Source: an uncultured bacterium
GTDB lineage: Bacteria > Oederibacteriota > PGYV01 > Palsa-1178
Reading direction: 5' to 3'
Assembly: GCA_937889595.1 (NCBI GenBank)
Contig: CALAOR010000089.1
Location: 28,548-92,547, forward strand
Length of the DNA: 64,000 bases
A program made the translations under genes and the position numbers. This document shows, piece by piece, positions 1 through 11,388 of the stretch. How positions within the stretch are numbered: the stretch's first letter is position 1; every line of letters starts with the position of its first letter. The notes under the pieces were generated by a model. It saw nothing but the letters and a program-made list of their open reading frames with translations. It had not been told where the DNA came from and did not search any database.

Positions 1-6
1 GTTGGT

Positions 7-1146
7 TTGCGCGTAATGCTCGATACGCAGCTCGGAGGGAACGACAACTCGCCGGTAATGGTACAGGGCTACGGCCAGGTCACGCAGGAACAGCAATGGG
101 ACGGCGCGTCGGTCCCGGACGCGTGGCAGACTGTGGATGACATCGTAAACCCGACGCTTCGGGGACAGGGCACTTTTGTTGCGCCAAAACCCGACCATTT
201 GCTGATAGGCCAGTGGGATTACATGGGCGAAACTGCGTCGCGCTGGATGTACACGCTGCACCCCGCGCCTATCACGGACACGGCGGTCGCAATATTTTGG
301 GACCCGGTGACAATACCTCCGCAGAAATCAAACACATTCACCTCGTATTTCGGTATAGCGCAGGCCTCAGGCGCGGAACTGTCAATAAACAAAACAGTCA
401 GCCCGTCAGCAATGATCAATTACGGCGACACATTGAGTTATAATATGGTTTATTCCAACCTGTACAATATCCCGCTCACTAACCTTGTTACATGGGACAC
501 CATACCATGGAATACGACGCTTGTGGACGCGCAGCCGGGTTATACTGTCACAGGCCCGGTCATAAGCTGGGCCATGCCCGATATAAACGATAACATAACC
601 ACTTACAGCAGGTGGTTCAGGGTAAGATCAAACTACGCGCAGGGAAATATCGTTACGAACACCGCGGTCGCGGAATACATAGACACATACTGGAACGCCC
701 CCGAAACAAAGCGTTCCAACCTGGTTTTATCAAATATTGCGACGCTTACGCCGTCATATTCTCCTACCATAAGCCCGACTTTTACCATAACCCAGACGCA
801 CACCATAAGTCCGACCTTTACCATAACCCCCACGTTCACAGCCACGCCGCTTGCGCTTGTTTTATCGGTTATCGGCCCGTTCCCAAACCCGGCCAAGAAA
901 AACGCGAACATAGTATTTAACCTGACGGCAGATGCGTATGTAAAAATACGGGTTTATACGCTTTCAGGGGAGTTTGTAGTCCAGCTGGAAGGCAACTGTA
1001 TCAAAGGCAACAACTCGATAAGGTGGGACCTGAAAAACAGGCAGGGGAACAACGTAAGTTCAGGCACTTATCTATACGATATGGAAGCTGTAACCGCCAG
1101 GGGGGAAAAGCAAAATTCCAAAGGGCAGTTGGCTGTGGTCAAATAG
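7..1146 (+). CDS. C-terminal part of a large secreted protein, truncated at the window start. It has threonine/proline-rich (PT) linker repeats and a C-terminal T9SS-type sorting domain (Por_Secre_tail / FlgD-Ig-like).
   Basis: The ORF is open to the window edge. It contains repeats of the form TISPTFTITPTFTATP. The last ~85 aa (PNPAKKNANIVFNLTADAYVKIRVYTLSGEFV...WDLKNRQGNNVSSGTYLYDMEAVTARGEKQNSKGQLAVVK) match the conserved pattern of T9SS C-terminal domains. Confidence 0.6.
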   Translation: MRVMLDTQLGGNDNSPVMVQGYGQVTQEQQWDGASVPDAWQTVDDIVNPTLRGQGTFVAPKPDHLLIGQWDYMGETASRWMYTLHPAPITDTAVAIFWDPVTIPPQKSNTFTSYFGIAQASGAELSINKTVSPSAMINYGDTLSYNMVYSNLYNIPLTNLVTWDTIPWNTTLVDAQPGYTVTGPVISWAMPDINDNITTYSRWFRVRSNYAQGNIVTNTAVAEYIDTYWNAPETKRSNLVLSNIATLTPSYSPTISPTFTITQTHTISPTFTITPTFTATPLALVLSVIGPFPNPAKKNANIVFNLTADAYVKIRVYTLSGEFVVQLEGNCIKGNNSIRWDLKNRQGNNVSSGTYLYDMEAVTARGEKQNSKGQLAVVK

Positions 1147-1650
1147 TTCTTGGGACTTTCCTTAAGAAAAGTTGTTGTTTGGTTTTTAATCAGACGCCTA
1201 CCTCCTCAACCCTTCCTACTTAATCCTTAGTTATTGCATATTATTGTGTGTAAATTATCAAACATGCTTGTTCTTTTATAAAAACGCATTCCCCTTCCCC
1301 CTTGAAGGGGCTCCTTACAGTACCCCCTTGAGGGGTAGAAGGTCCGGATGGGAGTGGAGTAGCGGCAAAAACCACTTCAAATAAAATAAACTATAGGTTA
1401 CACGCTGGTCTAGGGTGATATTCCCTTGCGCCGCTGCTTCACCCTCTCCCTGACCCTCTCTCCCCCTCAAGGGGGGACTATAAGGAGCCTTCGAGGGATA
1501 GGGGAAAATATCAATTTACACACAACGACGGACAGTATCTAATCCTCAGACCATATTGACATTCCCTCAAACACAGGTTATAATCTTAATTAGGGCTTAT
1601 TTTCATCGTGACTTTTTGAATTTATTCATAAAAGCCGGAGGTATGGTTAT

Positions 1651-4269
1651 TTGCAAAAGTTAACAAAAAACTTAAGCCCCTACAAATGGCCTTTAATTCA
1701 TATAGTAATCCTGATTATATTTTTATCGCTTAACTCATGCAAAATGGCAAGCAATCCCACCGCTCCGCTTACTCCGACTTCTGTTGTAATAATACCTACT
1801 GATACTTTAATATCTACAATTGTAAATACACATACTCCCATAAACACGCCGGTTTCTACAAATACAATACAGACAACAAATACCAATACCCCGCAGGCAA
1901 CCGCAACAAATACACCTGTTTCAACATCAACCCTTGCTAAAACATCTACTGCTGCTGCTTCATTGACACAAACACAAACAGTGACTCAAACCATACCCGG
2001 GACATTAACGGGAACTCCGGCAGTAACGCTGACTGCCGCAGATACAATTACCATGGCCAATACATCAACCCAAACAGGCACGCCAACTTTCACTATTACC
2101 CCGACGCTATCCATAAACCACGGTAGCGCTATAGTCAATCCCACGATGGTTTATGGCATGACATCAGGCAACACTTTGAGCATCACTTACACGGCAGGGA
2201 CGCTTGGATGGACAACGGGAACTTTAAAGGTAACGCTGCCGCCGGGATGGTCGGCGCCCAGCCTTGATCCGGTTAAACAGGGATACTTCACAGTAACCTG
2301 TTCCGCAGGCACTATAGATTACAAAGCCTTTTCAGGGCAGGACATTATAATAACCGCAAGCAATATCCCGGCGCTTACCGGGACAATATCAATAACATAC
2401 GGAGACAAGTCATTCGGGAACGGCGCGGACACGGCGGGTTCGGGAACATATGATATAGCAATTGAGGTTGCTGAAAGCGGGACAGCGACTGTTCCCATAC
2501 AGTTTAATCCGCAGATACTCGTAATACCCGCCACCCTGACTCCGACGCTTACTCCGACAGTTACGCTTACACCGACCGTAATAATAGGCGAGGGATCTAT
2601 AACGCTGACGCCCGGGATAATCACAAGCGGAAGCACGGGAAACGTAATTACATTCAGCTACACGGCGGGCGCGTCTTCATGGACAAACGGCACGCTTAGG
2701 ATATCCATACCCCCGGGATGGAGTCCGCCTGACTTAAATACTTCAAGCGCGGGTTATGTATATGTGACCACAACGGGGACAAACTGGACCATGTCGGGTT
2801 CGGGCCAGGATATAGTTGTGAGCGTTACAGGACTGCAATCCGGAACGGGCACGATCACGGTTTTCTACGGATACCGAGGGTTCGGCGGGCCAGGGGCAAC
2901 GATCGCAGGACCCGGTATATTTACACTGGCAACAAGTACGGACCCTTTTGGTACAAATGTTTATCCCATCGCGGTATCGGCCCAGATAGTGATACTCGCG
3001 CCTACGCTTACATCAACCCTTACGGAAACTGTGACCAATACATTCACGGTAACACCCACGGTTACCGAGACGCTGACCTGGACGTTTTCATCGACCGACA
3101 CGGATACTACTACAATTACGCAGACCCACACAATAACCCCCACTTATACCGATACCCAGACCATTACCGAAACCGGCACATTTACCGCGACGCCTACAAT
3201 AACAGATACTGTTACGGTAACGCTGACTCCGACAGCCTACTGGACGCCAATCGGCGGAATGGGCGTATCGGATTCGACTGCCGATTACGTATCGCTTGCC
3301 ATAGATAAAAACAACGGTAATGTATTCGCCGGATACATGGACGCGGCAAAATCAAGCCGCGCCACAATGATGCAATATTCGGGAGCGGTATGGTCGCCGG
3401 TGGGGGCCAAAGGGTTCACATCGGGCCTGGCCTATGATATTTCAACCTTTTCGTTTTTTGACCAGTACCTGGCATACAGGGATGGCAGCGATTCTGACAG
3501 GGCAAAAGTTATGAAGTACTCGGCAGGTTCGTGGACGCTGCTCACAGGCGGGGCCGCTTCAGCCGCAGGCGCCTATAACACCGCTATTTTTTATGATTCT
3601 GACTACCTGTATCTTGCATACAGGGACGCGTCAGTTTCAGGCAGGGCAACGGTAAGAAGATATCACTATCTTATCCCTGGTTCATGGCTTGATGTGGGCG
3701 CGCCGGGATTTACGTCGGGTACCGCTTCAAGCATTTCATTATTTGTGGATAATAACGTGCCTTACGTGGCGTATATTGACTGGGCATATTCAAACAAGCT
3801 GAGCGTAATGAAATATGATTTTACCGGGTCGCAATGGATTCAGGTGGGCTTGCCCGGTTTCACTTCCGCCCCGGTTGATTATGTGTCTTTACAGGTTGCC
3901 GGCGGACCGGTTCCTTACGCGGCCTACTCTGACGCCTCGGTTTCCAATAAGATAACGGTTAATAGGTTTGACGGTTCAACATGGCTCCCGGTGGGCGGCG
4001 CGGGATTCTCTGTCGGCGCCGCAGCTTACATATCCATGTTCCTGGACGCGGCTGGCCAGCCTTCGGTTGCTTTTAGCGATGCGGGAATGGGCGGCAGGGC
4101 AGTCCTTATGAGATATAACGGGACTTCATGGGATCTAATTGCGGTATTATCATCAGGCTCCGCGAGTTATATATCAGCCGCGATTTACGGGGGCAAACCA
4201 TATGTGGCGTTTAAAGACGCGGCGAGCGGAGGGAAGCTGACGGTGATGAAGTTTGAGGGAGCGTATTAG
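1651..4269 (+). CDS. Large secreted/lipoprotein with T-rich linkers, two duplicated ~150-aa domains and a C-terminal 7-bladed beta-propeller-like repeat region
   Basis: The N-terminus is hydrophobic with a possible lipobox (LSLNSC). Two paralogous segments are present: TLKVTLPPGWSAPSLD... and TLRISIPPGWSPPDLN.... The C-terminal region carries seven ~45-aa repeats of the form (A/S)Y.S..xD...PYVAYxDxxxxxxxxVMKYxGxxWxxVGxxGFTSG. Confidence 0.55.
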   Translation: MQKLTKNLSPYKWPLIHIVILIIFLSLNSCKMASNPTAPLTPTSVVIIPTDTLISTIVNTHTPINTPVSTNTIQTTNTNTPQATATNTPVSTSTLAKTSTAAASLTQTQTVTQTIPGTLTGTPAVTLTAADTITMANTSTQTGTPTFTITPTLSINHGSAIVNPTMVYGMTSGNTLSITYTAGTLGWTTGTLKVTLPPGWSAPSLDPVKQGYFTVTCSAGTIDYKAFSGQDIIITASNIPALTGTISITYGDKSFGNGADTAGSGTYDIAIEVAESGTATVPIQFNPQILVIPATLTPTLTPTVTLTPTVIIGEGSITLTPGIITSGSTGNVITFSYTAGASSWTNGTLRISIPPGWSPPDLNTSSAGYVYVTTTGTNWTMSGSGQDIVVSVTGLQSGTGTITVFYGYRGFGGPGATIAGPGIFTLATSTDPFGTNVYPIAVSAQIVILAPTLTSTLTETVTNTFTVTPTVTETLTWTFSSTDTDTTTITQTHTITPTYTDTQTITETGTFTATPTITDTVTVTLTPTAYWTPIGGMGVSDSTADYVSLAIDKNNGNVFAGYMDAAKSSRATMMQYSGAVWSPVGAKGFTSGLAYDISTFSFFDQYLAYRDGSDSDRAKVMKYSAGSWTLLTGGAASAAGAYNTAIFYDSDYLYLAYRDASVSGRATVRRYHYLIPGSWLDVGAPGFTSGTASSISLFVDNNVPYVAYIDWAYSNKLSVMKYDFTGSQWIQVGLPGFTSAPVDYVSLQVAGGPVPYAAYSDASVSNKITVNRFDGSTWLPVGGAGFSVGAAAYISMFLDAAGQPSVAFSDAGMGGRAVLMRYNGTSWDLIAVLSSGSASYISAAIYGGKPYVAFKDAASGGKLTVMKFEGAY

Positions 4270-4448
4270 GAAGAGTATCAGAGACTGTCGGAAAAGCCCG
4301 CAAGGGGCGGGCAGCATGATATGCTGCCCCTACAAATGCAGGCAGATATTTGTAGGGGCCGAATATTATTCGGCCCACAACGATGGTTTTTAGAGGTTTT
4401 TCGACAGTATCTAAATAGAACGATAACAAACTAAAACGCGAGGTTACG

Positions 4449-5696
4449 ATGGCTGAACTTACCAGCTTGGTTTACGGCAACAAAGAGACTTTCTTCAACA
4501 GCGGCACCGAGATAGCTGTCTGGATAACCGATGAAGAAGGGAATGTGAAAAAGGACGGCGTAAAATTGGACGGGTCCATAAAACGTATCATGCTTGACAA
4601 CCTGGGAAATGAAGCGGCTGAAACAATAATCATAGAGAGGAACGAATTGAAAAAAGGCATTGCCAGGGTGTATTTTCCCGACGGGACAATAAAGCAGGAA
4701 ATGCAGTATGACAACTACAATGTCAACGGCTTCTGCAAAATTTACAGTGCTGAAGGAAAACTGCTCCTTGAGGGAGCTTACATTTCAGGGGTCGCGCAAT
4801 GGCCGATGAAAACATATTACGGGAACGGAAAGTTAAAAATAGAAAAATTATTCATTGATAACCGGAAAATACAGCGCGCCTTTTATGAGACAGGGGAGCT
4901 TGAAACCGAGGAAACATACGACAACGGCTGCGAGAACGGCCCTTTCAGGATTTATTACAAGAACGGGAAGGTTAAAGCCGAAGGAACATCCAGGGACGGG
5001 AACCGTGAAGGTGATTATAAATCATACTACGAGTCTGGTGTATTAAAAGTCGAAGGTTCCTTTAAAAACGGCAGTGAAGACGGCACGTTCAGGCTTTATT
5101 TCCCGGTAGGCGCGGTTGAGACAGAGGAAGTTTATAAAGACGGGAAACAAAGCGGCCCATACATACACTATTACCAGTCAGGCGGCGTCAGGCTGTCAGG
5201 GTACTTTGAATCAGGGAAGAAACAGGGCGAGTACAAGATGTTTTATGAAAGCGGAGTGGTCAAGCTTGAAGGGATATATAAAGACGGGAAGGAAGAAGGT
5301 CCGTATAAACTCTTTTATGAAACAGGCGGGCTGAAAATAGCGGGTGAATATAAGAACGGCATAGAAGACGGGCCGTACAGGCTTTTTTACATTGACGGCG
5401 CCCTGAAGGTTGAGGGATATTATAAGAACGGGAGCGAACACGGCACATACCGGCTGTATTACCCTTCGGGTAAATTGAAAGTCGAAGAAACCTATATAGA
5501 CGGCAAAGTGGAAGGGCTCTACCGCGCATATTTTGAATCGGGCAAAATACAGTCCGAAAAAATGTTTGTGGGAGGCCTGGCCGACGGCCCGTGCAACCTG
5601 TACCATGAAAACGGCAAGATCAAAGTGGAGGCTGTTTTTGAGAAAGACACGCAAATGGTTGCGGTGGAATATGATGAGAAGGGGAATAGGATATAG
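4449..5696 (+). CDS. MORN-variant (MORN_2 / YwqK-like) repeat protein
   Basis: There are about 14 tandem repeats of YxNGxLKxEGxYKNGxxxGxxRLYYxxG. Confidence 0.6.
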   Translation: MAELTSLVYGNKETFFNSGTEIAVWITDEEGNVKKDGVKLDGSIKRIMLDNLGNEAAETIIIERNELKKGIARVYFPDGTIKQEMQYDNYNVNGFCKIYSAEGKLLLEGAYISGVAQWPMKTYYGNGKLKIEKLFIDNRKIQRAFYETGELETEETYDNGCENGPFRIYYKNGKVKAEGTSRDGNREGDYKSYYESGVLKVEGSFKNGSEDGTFRLYFPVGAVETEEVYKDGKQSGPYIHYYQSGGVRLSGYFESGKKQGEYKMFYESGVVKLEGIYKDGKEEGPYKLFYETGGLKIAGEYKNGIEDGPYRLFYIDGALKVEGYYKNGSEHGTYRLYYPSGKLKVEETYIDGKVEGLYRAYFESGKIQSEKMFVGGLADGPCNLYHENGKIKVEAVFEKDTQMVAVEYDEKGNRI

Positions 5697-6191
5697 TTAA
5701 TGCGGATTTCGGATTGCGGAATCTGGAATCAGGGAGGATGTAATAGGAGTTGACGCCAAGATTAAAACTTATGATCTGGTGAAGAAATTCATGGATGAGT
5801 TCGCCAAAATCTACGGTTCCTGCATCTGCGATGAGATCATAGGGTTAAATTCCCTGCAGCTTGCTGCGTTATAACAAAGGCCGCAACCCTTCCGCAGCAA
5901 TTAAGTTTGATTTTAAGTCCTGACACATCAAAATTACGCGTTTAATTCAAAAAACCTACCATTTTAGTGGCATTTTCGATGATTTGCTGTTTTTTTCAAA
6001 AACCATTTGACATTTAAAGTTAAAAGTAGAATAATAGATTTTATAAAATATTTGGCCGGGATACGGGCCTGAAGTTTTGCTCATTGCGAAACACTGTTAT
6101 CAAATTTATACTTGAAATAAATTTTGAACTGTTGTATCATCAGTTTTGATTTTAAAACGCATGATAAACGGCACGAAGAGGAGCCTCACGG

Positions 6192-6674
6192 ATGATCGAG
6201 ATGAAGGTTAACGGACTTGCGATCGACAGCGCTTCGAAGATGCCGGTTGTGATACTTACGGATAAGGAAGAGAAAAGGTTTTTGCCCATATGGATCGGGG
6301 TTTATGAAGCGGACGCGATATTAGTGGCTCTTGAAAGCATAGATGTTCCGAGGCCGATGACTCATGACCTGATAAAGACCATGCTTGAAACCCTCGGGAT
6401 AGAAGTGGACCGGATAGCCATCCACGACATCAAAAACAACACTTTTTTCGCCAAGATCCACCTTATCAAGGATGGCAAGCAGTTTGAGATAGACTCGCGG
6501 CCTTCTGACGCGATAGCGCTGGCCTTAAGGATGGACTCGGACATATTTGTTTCGGAACAGGTCATTATGGAAGCCACTATAATGGACAAGGAAAAGTACG
6601 AGAAAGAAATGAAGGAATTCAAGGAGTTCTTAAAAGACATAAAGCCGTCTGATTTTTCGAATTACAAGGAATAG
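6192..6674 (+). CDS. Bifunctional nuclease family protein (DUF151/BFN domain)
   Basis: Residues matching the DUF151 fold: LPIWIG..EADAI, RPMTHDL, SRPSDAIALALR. Confidence 0.65.
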   Translation: MIEMKVNGLAIDSASKMPVVILTDKEEKRFLPIWIGVYEADAILVALESIDVPRPMTHDLIKTMLETLGIEVDRIAIHDIKNNTFFAKIHLIKDGKQFEIDSRPSDAIALALRMDSDIFVSEQVIMEATIMDKEKYEKEMKEFKEFLKDIKPSDFSNYKE

Positions 6675-6677
6675 GCT

Positions 6678-6896
6678 TTGAAAGAGGATGACAGGCAGTT
6701 CCTGCGCAGGGCCATTGAATTAAGTTCCGTCGGCTTTACGCTGGTGCTCTCGACCTTTACCGGTCTTGGGCTCGGGTTATTGCTTGATAAATGGACAAAA
6801 TTGACCCCTCTCTTTACGATAATTTTACTGCTTTTTGGCATTGCGGCCGGGTTCGTATACCTGGTATATAAGTTTGGTTCCAATGAAAAAAAGTAA
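6678..6896 (+). CDS. AtpZ/AtpI-family small membrane protein that precedes the ATP synthase operon
   Basis: It is 72 aa with two TM helices (GFTLVLSTFTGLGLGLLLDKW). It sits immediately upstream of, and overlaps, the next gene of the atp operon. Confidence 0.5.
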   Translation: MKEDDRQFLRRAIELSSVGFTLVLSTFTGLGLGLLLDKWTKLTPLFTIILLLFGIAAGFVYLVYKFGSNEKK

Positions 6897-7260
6897 TATT
6901 GTTCTTCTGATATCAGGCGCCATTGCGATGGTTCTGGGCGCGGGGTTGTATTTTATGGACGCCAGACTATCCCTCGGGGCCCTGGCGGGATACATGACGG
7001 GGCTTATTAATTTTTTCCTCATTGCCTCGCAGGTAAAAAAAATGCTGGGCAGGGAAGGCTCAACTGCGGCCAAGGTTACGATGGGTTCGTTCTTCTATTT
7101 ATTAAGGTTGCTTGGAGCGGCGGCTGTAATAACGGCGGTTGTGATTAATGCGAAATATTTCTCAATCGCGGGATTTTTGGCGGGATTTACGCTTTGTATC
7201 GGGGTTATTATCGCGGTACATTCAGTATACGCATCAAAAACTGGCAATATAAAAGGGTGA
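6883..7260 (+). CDS. atpI: ATP synthase protein I (AtpI-like membrane protein)
   Basis: The 125-aa hydrophobic protein has a start at ATG 6883, in frame within ORF 6835..7260. Its position is directly before atpB. Confidence 0.5.
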   Translation: MKKSNIVLLISGAIAMVLGAGLYFMDARLSLGALAGYMTGLINFFLIASQVKKMLGREGSTAAKVTMGSFFYLLRLLGAAAVITAVVINAKYFSIAGFLAGFTLCIGVIIAVHSVYASKTGNIKG

Positions 7261-7264
7261 TTCT

Positions 7265-8059
7265 ATGGAAGAAGCGCTGGTCCTAAGCGGTAAGTGGCTT
7301 TTGTTCGGGCTAAACTCGGAAGCTTCTATGAAAGTTTATATGATAATACTGGATATGCTCATAGTCATGGGCATTGTCTGGCTGGGCAGCGTGGGCGCAA
7401 AAAGAAGGCCCGGCGCAACCCAAAACCTGGTGGAATGGTCCGTCAAATATGTCTGTAATTATGCAGATTCCATAATAGGCGAAAAGGACGCTCCGCGTTA
7501 CTACGCGCTATTGGTCATGCTTTTCTTTTACATCTTTGTGGGGAACCTGATAGGCCTGATACCCGGGCTGGTATCGCCCACGTCATCACTTTCCGTAACC
7601 CTGACGCTGGCTATAGGCGTATGGCTGTTTACATGGGTTGACGGTTTAAGGCACAAAGGATTCATTAAATTTTTCGCGCATTATGCGGGCCCGTCAAGCG
7701 TGCCGCTCGCAATCAGGATCCCGCTTTTTTTCATTGAATTGTTATCCGATATTTCCAGGATGATATCGCTCTCGTTCAGGCTTTTCGGGAATATAGTCGC
7801 CAAAGAAGTCCTTTTGACCGTGCTTGTAACCCTGATAATGCTCTTTGGTCCGGGCCTGATACAAAGCATAAAACATGCCGACGTGCTGGGAATATCAATC
7901 AACGGTTTCATTTTTATACTTGTGGCGGCTCTAAGGCCATTGATCGTATGGCTCGGCGTGCTTGTAAGCCTCATTCAGGCGGGAGTTTTCGCCCTGCTGA
8001 CCGCGACTTATATAGCGGGCGCCGTGGTTGTACACGAAGAACATGGGGAACACTCTTAA
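7265..8059 (+). CDS. atpB: F0F1 ATP synthase subunit a
   Basis: It is a polytopic membrane protein with the essential-Arg region RLFGNIVAKE and conserved operon position. The exact start is uncertain. Confidence 0.85.
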   Translation: MEEALVLSGKWLLFGLNSEASMKVYMIILDMLIVMGIVWLGSVGAKRRPGATQNLVEWSVKYVCNYADSIIGEKDAPRYYALLVMLFFYIFVGNLIGLIPGLVSPTSSLSVTLTLAIGVWLFTWVDGLRHKGFIKFFAHYAGPSSVPLAIRIPLFFIELLSDISRMISLSFRLFGNIVAKEVLLTVLVTLIMLFGPGLIQSIKHADVLGISINGFIFILVAALRPLIVWLGVLVSLIQAGVFALLTATYIAGAVVVHEEHGEHS

Positions 8060-8104
8060 GCTAAATACTGTTTACCATATTAAAATAAACCAGGAGGTGG
8101 ATGT

Positions 8105-8485
8105 ATGAAAAAGTTCTCAAAGGTAGTTCTCGCAATGATGTTGGTCCTTTCACTGGCCTCAGTCGTGTTCGCGGCGGAAGCGGCGCCGGCAACAGGCGCT
8201 GCTGTCGCGCAAAAAGCTGACAGCGGAAGCGTCCAGTTTTTCGCTTTCTCAGCTCTTGCAGCGGCACTCGGAGTGGGGATCGGAGCTTTAGGATGCGGGA
8301 TCGGACAGGGTATCGCGACATCAAAAGCCTGCGAAGGCGTTGCGCGCCAGCCTGAAGCAGCTTCAAAGATCCAGGGTGTTTTGATCCTCGGACTTGCGAT
8401 CATCGAGTCGCTTACGATTTATGCCCTTGTTATCGGACTGATCCTGCTTTTCGCAAATCCTTTCACAAAATTTTTCGTAAGTTAA
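8105..8485 (+). CDS. atpE: F0F1 ATP synthase subunit c, with an N-terminal signal-like extension
   Basis: The core is [21 protein letters not shown]...[22 protein letters not shown]. It is preceded by [23 protein letters not shown]. Confidence 0.85.
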   Translation: MKKFSKVVLAMMLVLSLASVVFAAEAAPATGAAVAQKADSGSVQFFAFSALAAALGVGIGALGCGIGQGIATSKACEGVARQPEAASKIQGVLILGLAIIESLTIYALVIGLILLFANPFTKFFVS

Positions 8486-8618
8486 TTCATAAGGCGGGCC
8501 GTCAAAAGCCCGTCCGGACTTATAGATCTGCCGGTATCAGGCTTTACCGGGATATCTTAAGCTTTTGGCTGCCGGCCCTGCGGATGCGGACCCCAAGCTA
8601 TAAAAACGGAGGAATAAA

Positions 8619-9110
8619 ATGGTAACAGTTGATCTGCCGATAATATTTGTCCAGGCAATTACATTCCTGCTTGGAATGTGGTTCGTATGGAACTCCATGA
8701 TAAAAGCCCTGATCAAAACCATGAAGGAAAGGGATACCTATATCAATTCAACCCTCGACAAAGTGGAGAAGGACAAGAAGGATATAGAGGGAATAAAAGC
8801 CGATTACGAGAAAAAAGTGCAGGAGATGCTCGCTGTCTCGGCGGCGGCGCTGAACAAAGCCGTGGCTGATGGCGAGAAGATCAAGGAATCCATAATCAAT
8901 GAGGCCAAAACAGAAGGCGTCAAGCTTGTAAAAGAGGCCAAAAAGGAAATAGAGACTGAAAAACTCAAAGCAATAGAAGCGGTCAAGGACACCATAGTGG
9001 ACATATCCATGATGGTGGCCGAGAAGGCTATCAGGAAGACGGTCAACAAAAAAGACCAGATTTCCATGGTGAACGATTATTTAAAAGACATCGGCAAGTC
9101 TTCAAACTAA
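8619..9110 (+). CDS. atpF: F0F1 ATP synthase subunit b
   Basis: An N-terminal TM helix is followed by a long charged coiled coil, in the expected operon position. Confidence 0.8.
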   Translation: MVTVDLPIIFVQAITFLLGMWFVWNSMIKALIKTMKERDTYINSTLDKVEKDKKDIEGIKADYEKKVQEMLAVSAAALNKAVADGEKIKESIINEAKTEGVKLVKEAKKEIETEKLKAIEAVKDTIVDISMMVAEKAIRKTVNKKDQISMVNDYLKDIGKSSN

Positions 9111-9120
9111 AGGAGCGCTT

Positions 9121-9822
9121 ATGGCTAATACGGTTCTTCCTTCAAAATACGCAGAGGCTTTGTTCGGGGCGGCACAGGCGTCAAACTCCTTAAACGCCGT
9201 AACGGAGGAGTTGAAGTCCATCAGGAATATTATTGACATCAACCCGGAATTAAAAAAGATACTTTTTCATCCGGGGATCGGCAAGGCGGAAAAGAAAGAA
9301 ATGCTCAAATCGCTCTTCGGCGAAAAAGTCAGCAAGCTATCCCTGCGCCTGCTTATGCTCCTTGTTGAGAAGAAAAGGGAGGCTTTGTTCGGGGACATAT
9401 GCGGTATTTTCTTTCAGAAGATCGACGAGCTCTCCGGCCTGAAAAAGATAACCATAGAGACCGCGTTCCCGCTGGAAGAAGAGGAAAAGGCCAGGCTTAT
9501 AGCCAGGCTGGAAAAGGCCATGGACAAGAAGCTCGTTGTTGACGCAATAGTAAACCCGTCAATACTCGGAGGCATTATAATAAAGGAAAGGATGAAGCAG
9601 ATAGACGCAAGCGTCATCCAGTTCTTAAGGTCCATCAAGCAGGACCTGACAGTCATGAAAGTCGTTAAGGAAAAAAAAGCCGTGGTCAAAAAGCCCGCCG
9701 CAAGGAAACCGGCGAAAAAAGTCGTAAAAAAAGTCCTGGCAAAAAAAGCGAAACTGGCAGAGCCAGTGAAACCGGCAAAGCCGGCAAAACCCGCAAAAAA
9801 ATCGAAGAAAAATAAAAAATAA
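9121..9822 (+). CDS. atpH: F0F1 ATP synthase subunit delta (OSCP) with a C-terminal lysine/AKP-rich histone-H1-like tail
   Basis: It has OSCP-like helices and the right operon position. The last ~55 aa are KKAVVKKPAARKPAKKVVKKVLAKKAKLAEPVKPAKPAKPAKKSKKNKK. Confidence 0.75.
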   Translation: MANTVLPSKYAEALFGAAQASNSLNAVTEELKSIRNIIDINPELKKILFHPGIGKAEKKEMLKSLFGEKVSKLSLRLLMLLVEKKREALFGDICGIFFQKIDELSGLKKITIETAFPLEEEEKARLIARLEKAMDKKLVVDAIVNPSILGGIIIKERMKQIDASVIQFLRSIKQDLTVMKVVKEKKAVVKKPAARKPAKKVVKKVLAKKAKLAEPVKPAKPAKPAKKSKKNKK

Positions 9823-9829
9823 TCCGTAA

Positions 9830-11371
<1,542 letters not shown>

Positions 11372-11388
11372 AATAAAAAGGCGGGTTT

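Noticed and set aside
5700-5880. Small (<60 aa) ORF (...KFMDEFAKIYGSCICDEIIGLNSLQLAAL) in the long spacer before the BFN/atp operon
   Set aside because: It is too short, with no convincing RBS and no recognisable motif. More likely it is part of a long promoter/leader region.
8061-8403. Minus-strand ORFs overlapping atpE
   Set aside because: They are antisense to a conserved c-subunit gene, and are a GC-skew-driven open frame.
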